Origin: Scenedesmus sp. PABB004
Taxonomy: Eukaryota
Length of the DNA: 64,000 nt
Assembly (NCBI GenBank): GCA_014905635.1
Contig: JABVCE010000013.1
Coordinates: 310,001 to 374,000, forward strand
Direction: 5' to 3'
Below the pieces are notes generated by a model. It did not search any database and had not been told where the DNA came from. It worked only from the letters and a program-made list of their open reading frames with translations. Shown here piece by piece: positions 58,825 through 64,000 of the stretch. Position 1 is the stretch's first letter. Every line of letters begins with the position of its first letter. Made by a program: the position numbers and the translations under genes.

Positions 58825-59960
58825 CTAGCTCGCCTCGCCGCCGCCGCGCAGCTCCGCCTCGACCGCGGGCTTGAGGGCGTCGTCCTTGAGCAGCTGCCCA
58901 AGCACGTCGCGCGCGAGCACGCGGCAGTCGACGTCGCCGCCCTGCCGCAGCAGCGCGAGCAGCGCGCGCAGCGCGCCCGGCGCGGCGGCGAGCTGCGCCG
59001 CCGCCGGCGGCCGGCCGGGCAGCAGCATGCCCAGCACGAGCAGCGCGCGCGCGCAGACCTCGAGCTGCGGCGGGCCGAGGTCGCCGCGCTGCGCCAGCAG
59101 CGCCGCGGCGGCGGGCACGGCGCCCGCGCCGCACAGCGCGTCGCGGGCCGCCTCGTGCGACGCGAGCGCGCACAGGCCGTCCGCCACCGCCTCCTGCAGC
59201 TTGAGGGGTTGCGACGCGTCCGCCATGCGCAGCAGGCAGGGCAGCGCTGCGGGCGCGGCGCGCGGGCGGTGCGTGAGCTCGCGCGTGAGCGCACGCGTGG
59301 GGCCCCTGCGACGCCGGCTCGGCGCTCACCCTCCGGCTGCATCACGGCCTGCACGGCCGGCTGCTGGTCCCGCGCCAGCTGCCCCAGCGCGGACACCACG
59401 TTGAGCTGCAGCTCGCCGCCGCGCCCCTCGCACGACCGCAGCAGGCCGACCAGCTTGGGCGTCTGACGGGCGCGCGCGGGGCGGCCCGCGCGCGTGAGCG
59501 CGCTCGGGGCAGAGCGGCGTGTGCGGGCCGCGCGCCGCGGGGCGGCGCGGCGCTCACGCAGTCCGCGGCGACGCTGGCCGCGAGGCCGTCGTCCAGCGCG
59601 GCAGCGGCCGTGAGCGCGGCGCAGGCGTTGGCCTGCGGCGCGCGCGCGGGCGCGTGGGCCGCCGCCGGCGCGCTGCGCCGCCCCGAGGCGCGCCGCCGGG
59701 GCCCCCGCCGCGCCCCCGACGCACACCTGCACCAGCTGGTCGTCCACGCCCAGCGCCGCGTGGATCGCCGGCAGCGCCGCGTGGATCGCCGGCAGCTGGC
59801 CGTCGCCCGCGCGGCTGAGCAGCAGGGTCAGCACCGCGAGCGCCCGCCCCGCGGCGGCCGGCTGCGCCTCGCCCTCCAGCGCGGCGCTCAGGCCCGCCAG
59901 CGCCCTCTCCAGCTCGCCGTCCAGCTGCTGCGAGTCCAGCGCGCTCGCGGCCGCCGCCAT
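58825..59960 (-). CDS. Armadillo/HEAT-repeat protein
   Basis: DQLVQ-ANACAAL, TPKLVGLL...LQLNVVSALGQLA, ALPCLLRM...LQEAVADGLCALA, GAVPAAAALL and GALRALLALL. Confidence 0.78.
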
Positions 59961-60449
59961 TGCTCAATTGCCTGCTTCCGTCGCTGCCGCCGCCGCTGCC
60001 ACCGCCGCTGCCGCTGCCGCTGCTCCTGCCGTGAGCGTGAAGTGGATGAGGGTCAATGGAGCGGGAATGAGCCAGGTCTGGTCCGCGTGCGCGGGCTCTG
60101 CGCTGCACGACACGGCGAGAAAGGACGGCCGCCGCCCGCGGCGCCCTGTGCCCTGCCAGAGCCGCCGAGCTCCGCCAGCGCGGCCCACGCGCTTCCCCAT
60201 CATCGGTCATCGCGCCCAGCTCACGCGACCGGCAGCAGCGACACGCAGCGCCCGTGCGGAGCGGTCCGGTTGCTGCTGCTGCTGCGGTGCAGCTGCGCGG
60301 CCCGGCGATCCCCGCGCCCGCCGTGGTCGTAGGGCGCCGCGTCCCGCACGCGCGGGCGGCGCCAGACATGCGGCGTGGCCGGTGATCGCGAGCGCGAGCA
60401 GCGGCAGCAGCGGCGGCGCGCTCGACAGCGGCAGCGCGCCGGTGCCGGC

Positions 60450-62774
60450 ATGGCGCAGGCCGTGGCGCCGCTGCCAGCGCTGCTCGCGGCGCTGGCGGCG
60501 GTGCTGGCCGGGGCGGCGCTGTTCCTGCTGCGCCTGCTGCGCGGCCTGCCGCGCGTCGAAAAGGTGGGCGCGGCCCGCGGCCGCGGCGGCGCCGCTGTTG
60601 TCGCGCTGTTGTCGCGCGCGGCGCGGCGCGCCGCCCCGCGCGGCCGACCCGCGCGGCCCCGCGGCGCGCAGGGCACGGTGGCGTTCTTCCACCCCTTTGC
60701 CGACGGCGGCGGCGGCGGCGAGCGCGTGCTGTGGTGCGCGGTGGACGCGATCCAGCGCGCCGCGCCGCACGCGCGCGTCGTGATCTACGCGCGCGAGGGC
60801 GTGACCGCGGCGCAGCTGGTCGCGGACGCTGAGGGCCGCTTCAACGTCAAGCTGCGCGGCCCCATCGAGGTGCCCACGGCAGCGGCGGGCGGCCGGGCGG
60901 GGGCAGGGCGCGCCACGTGTCGAGGCGGCGAGGCCGCGGGTGCCGACCCTCCACGCCGCGCCGCGCCGCGCTGCGCAGGTGCTGCCACTGCGGCGGACAG
61001 CGCTGATCGTGCCGGAGGCGTACCTGCGCTTCACGCTGCTGCGCCAGGCGTGGGGCTCGGTGCTGCTGGGGCTGGAGGCGCTGCGGCTCTTGGTGCCAGA
61101 GGTGCGCGCCGCCGCCGTGCGCCGCCGCGTGCCCGCGCCGCCCTGCGCCGCCGCGCGCCGACCCGGCCCCCGCCGCGCGGCAACGCGGCCCGCGCCGCGC
61201 GCCGCCGCGGCGCAGCTGTACGTCGACACCACGGGCTGGGCGTTCCCCTACCCCCTCGCGCGCGCGGCGGGCGCGCGCGTCGCGGCGTACGTGCACTACC
61301 CGACCGTCTCGTCCGACATGCTGCGCCGCGTGCGGCGCCGCACGGCGACGTACAACAACGACGGCGGCGTCGCCGGCAGCGCGCTCGCGTCGGCGGCCAA
61401 GGTGCTGTACTACCGCGCGTTTGCTGTGATCTACGGCCTCGCCGGCGCGGCCGCGGGTGCGGCGGCGGCGGCCGGCGGCGTTGCGGCGGAGGGGTTGAGG
61501 CCGAAAGCCTGGCCCGCCCGCGCCGCGCCACGCCGCGCGCGCAGACGTGGTCATGGTCAACTCGTCGTGGACGGCGGGCCACGTGCGGGAGCTGTGGTGG
61601 AGCTGGGACGAGCCGGCGCTCGTGTACCCGCCGTGCGACACGACCGACCTGCAGGCGCTGCCGCTCGACCGCCGGCTGAAGCACCTCTTCCTCGTCAGCG
61701 TCGCGCAGTTCCGGCCAGAGAAGAACCATCGCCTGCAGCTCGAGGCCTACGCGATGGCCCGCGACGCCGCGGGTGCGCGCGGCGCAGCGCGCGCGCGGGG
61801 CCGCCGCCCCGCCCTGCCGCGGCGTGCGCCCGCCCCGCCGGCGGCGGCGCCCGCGCCGACCCGCGCGCGCCCGCGCCGCCGCGCCGCCGCGCCGCCGCCG
61901 CGCCCGCGCCGCCGCGCCGCAGCGGCCAAGAGCCCCGACCCGCGCAGCAGCGCGGTGCTCGTGTCGAGCCTGAAGCTCGTCGGCAGCTGCCGCGGCGCCG
62001 ACGACGAGGCGCGGCTGTCGGCGCTGCAGGCGTACGCGGCCGAGCTGGGCCTGGGCGGCGCGGTGGAGTGGCACGTCAACGTGCCCTACGCCGCGCTGCG
62101 GTCGCTGCTCGGCGGCGCGGTCGGGGGGCTGCACACGATGCTGGACGAGCACTTTGGTATCAGCGTGGTAGAGTACATGGCCGCGGGTGCGTGCCGGCGT
62201 GGGCTTGGTTAGGGTTGAGGCCGGTGTGACGGGCGTGCGGGCGCCCAGGGCGCCGCCCAGCGCGCCGCCCAGCGCGCCCGCGGCCCATGTGCCGCCGCCG
62301 CGCCGCCGCGCCGCCCAGGCGTCATCCCGATCGCGCACAACTCTGGCGGCCCGCGCGCGGACATCGTGGTCGCGGCGGAGGCCGGCCCCGACGGCGGCGC
62401 CGCGCAGCGCACGGGCTTCCTCGCCGAGACGCGGGAGGAGTACGCCGACGCCATCCGCACGGTGCGTGTCGGGGAGGGGGCTTGGCGGCAGGGGGCACGC
62501 GGGGCGAGCGGGGGCGGGCGCCGCGGCACCGTCGCGGCGGCGTCGCCGCGCCCCGCCGCGCGCGCGGGGGGCCCCGTGCCTCACGCCTCACGCCCCGCCG
62601 CGCGCCCCGCCCTCGGCCCGCCAGGTGCTGGAGATGGACCAGCGCGACCGGCTGCGGATCGCGGCCGCGGCGCAGCGCCGCGCGGCGACGCTCTTCTCGA
62701 CCGAGCGCTTCACCGCGGCGTTCCTGGAGAGCGTCGCGCCCGTGCTGCCACGCCCTCGCGCCGGCGGGCCGTGA
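60450..62774 (+). CDS. ALG11: GDP-Man:Man3GlcNAc2-PP-Dol alpha-1,2-mannosyltransferase
   Basis: N-terminal TM, then AFFHPFADGGGGGERVLWCAV, YVDTTGWAF, YVHYPTVSSDML, MVNSSWT, VYPPCD, SVAQFRPEKNH, GLHTMLDEHFGISVVEYMAAG and IAHNSGGPRADIV. Confidence 0.96.
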
Positions 62775-63509
62775 GGCGAGCCGGGGGTGCCCAGCTGCAG
62801 CGGCAGCTGGACGACCGCCGCGACGCGGGGCGGCGGCGTGCAACCGCTGCAACCGCACGCGTCTGGCCGCGCCGCCGCGCGCTCTCTGGGCGCTCTCGCC
62901 GCGCGCAGCGGCGCGCTGTGCCGCCCCGACGTCAGGCTCGCCCCGGCCAGGCCGCTGTACAGCGATCGCAGCCCTGCTGGCCCGCGCGACGCGCGCATCC
63001 ATCGCGCGACTGCCACGGCGGCGTGCGCGGCGCGCCAGCAGCTCCGCCGCTCCGCCTGCGAGATAGACGAATTGAAGGCATTCCGATTGTCCACCTCCCG
63101 CGGGATCAGGAGGCCGCCCCGCAAAGTGCCAGCTCTTGTTGCCCGCCCGACTGCTCAACCGCTTCTCCCTGCTCGCCTGATAAGCGCCCAGCTCCACCGC
63201 TCCTCCCGCACTCTCACGCCTGACGCCCTCGCACTCCCAGCACCTCAGGAGCTCCGCAGCCACCGTGAGTGCCGGCGCAAGGCGGGCGCCGTGCTGCAGG
63301 CCGGCGCCTGCGCGAGCGCGACCCCATCGCCCGCGCCAGGCAGCTCAGACGGCAGTGGCACAGCGACTTTGACAGATCGCGCCGCGCCGCGGCCGCTGCG
63401 CGCGCGTCTCGGGTCCGGGGCGCACCGTCAGCCTGAGCACGCGCGCGCCGTCGCCCGCCCCGACGCGCAGGCCCCTCCCGACCTGCTGCGAGTCGCAAGC
63501 TCAGGCACC

Positions 63510-64000
63510 ATGAAGGCCGCCGTGTTCGCCATCCTGCTCCTGGCCGGCTGCGCCAATGGTGAGCCCGGGCGCGCGCGGCTGGCTGTGCATGACGCGCCGC
63601 CAGCTCCGCGCGCCGGCAGCACGGCAGCACGGCAGCGGCGCCAGACTCATCCAGGACGCGTAGAATGCTGCCAGCGACAGCCGGAGTCCAACTGCCGCCC
63701 CCGCGGGGCGGCGAGCATGAGGTCGTGACCGCGAAATCGCGGGCCGGCGCCAACGGCCATCCCCGGCGCGGCGCGCGGTGCCCAGCGCGCAGGCCAGCTC
63801 GCAGGATGCGTCTGGCACAGCCACGCCGCGCGCGGGAGGCGCCAACTGCCGCCGCCAACAGCCGGCATTGACCTCTCCGCTGCGCCCTCCTGCCACCCCC
63901 GCCTCCCGCGCAGCCAACAAGGGCCTGAGCATCTCCATCAGCCACGACGCCGCGGCGCCCGCCGCCGGCAACCCGTCGGCGCCGCCCGCGGCCGACAGCC
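63510..64000 (+). CDS. 5' part of a secreted protein of unknown function (continues beyond the window)
   Basis: Signal peptide MKAAVFAILLLAGCAN, a GT donor, and an acceptor near 63913 giving ANKGLSISISHDAAAP... Confidence 0.6.

Noticed and set aside
59751..59796. 21-bp coding duplication (LPAIHAA twice) in the ARM gene
   Set aside because: A simple in-frame slippage duplication with no evident wider significance.
62205..62220. Telomere-like TTAGGG in an ALG11 intron
   Set aside because: A single unit, compatible with chance.
1..64000. Numerous very long six-frame ORFs (e.g. 16454-19699 +, 37078-39993 +, 48123-51680 +, 48331-51333 -)
   Set aside because: These are Arg/Ala/Gly/Pro-rich shadow ORFs caused by stop-codon scarcity at extreme GC. 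They overlap recognisable spliced genes in other frames or on the other strand.

Overview
This is eukaryotic nuclear DNA of extremely high GC content (visually about 80%) from a chlorophyte green alga, probably Chlorophyceae/Sphaeropleales (inferred from gene content and intron style). It is not prokaryotic. Most long ORFs in the six-frame track are GC-driven shadow ORFs. Manual splicing gives about 23 compact, mostly intron-rich genes, in order: SWEET transporter (runs off the left edge), a long coiled-coil protein, SAS-4/CENPJ, a plastid SAM methyltransferase, a WDR44-like WD40 protein, a NOT4-type RING protein, a secreted histidine phosphatase, an aquaporin, a PUB-domain protein, a type II peroxiredoxin, a plastid CLC channel, a secreted penicillin-V-acylase/bile-salt-hydrolase-like Ntn hydrolase, a Tat-targeted lumenal coiled-coil protein, a small secreted beta-repeat protein, a C2-domain protein, alpha-amylase, an F-box/LRR protein, a PHT4/ANTR transporter, a class I HDAC, a two-RRM protein, an ARM protein, ALG11, and a partial secreted protein. 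The most notable observations are: (1) a bacterial-type Ntn hydrolase bracketed by a ~100-bp direct repeat that looks like a duplicated promoter/5'UTR of the next gene; (2) an unusually high rate of GC-AG introns (16 traced by hand); (3) a 10-nt microexon needed to keep the aquaporin in frame; (4) an intronless secreted beta-repeat protein with processing and amidation-like signals; (5) a 40-bp perfect palindrome and a structured low-GC 3' element. Several small frameshifts suggest assembly indel errors. No CRISPR array, tRNA, rRNA or transposase was recognised. All calls come from motif recognition by eye; no database searches were run.
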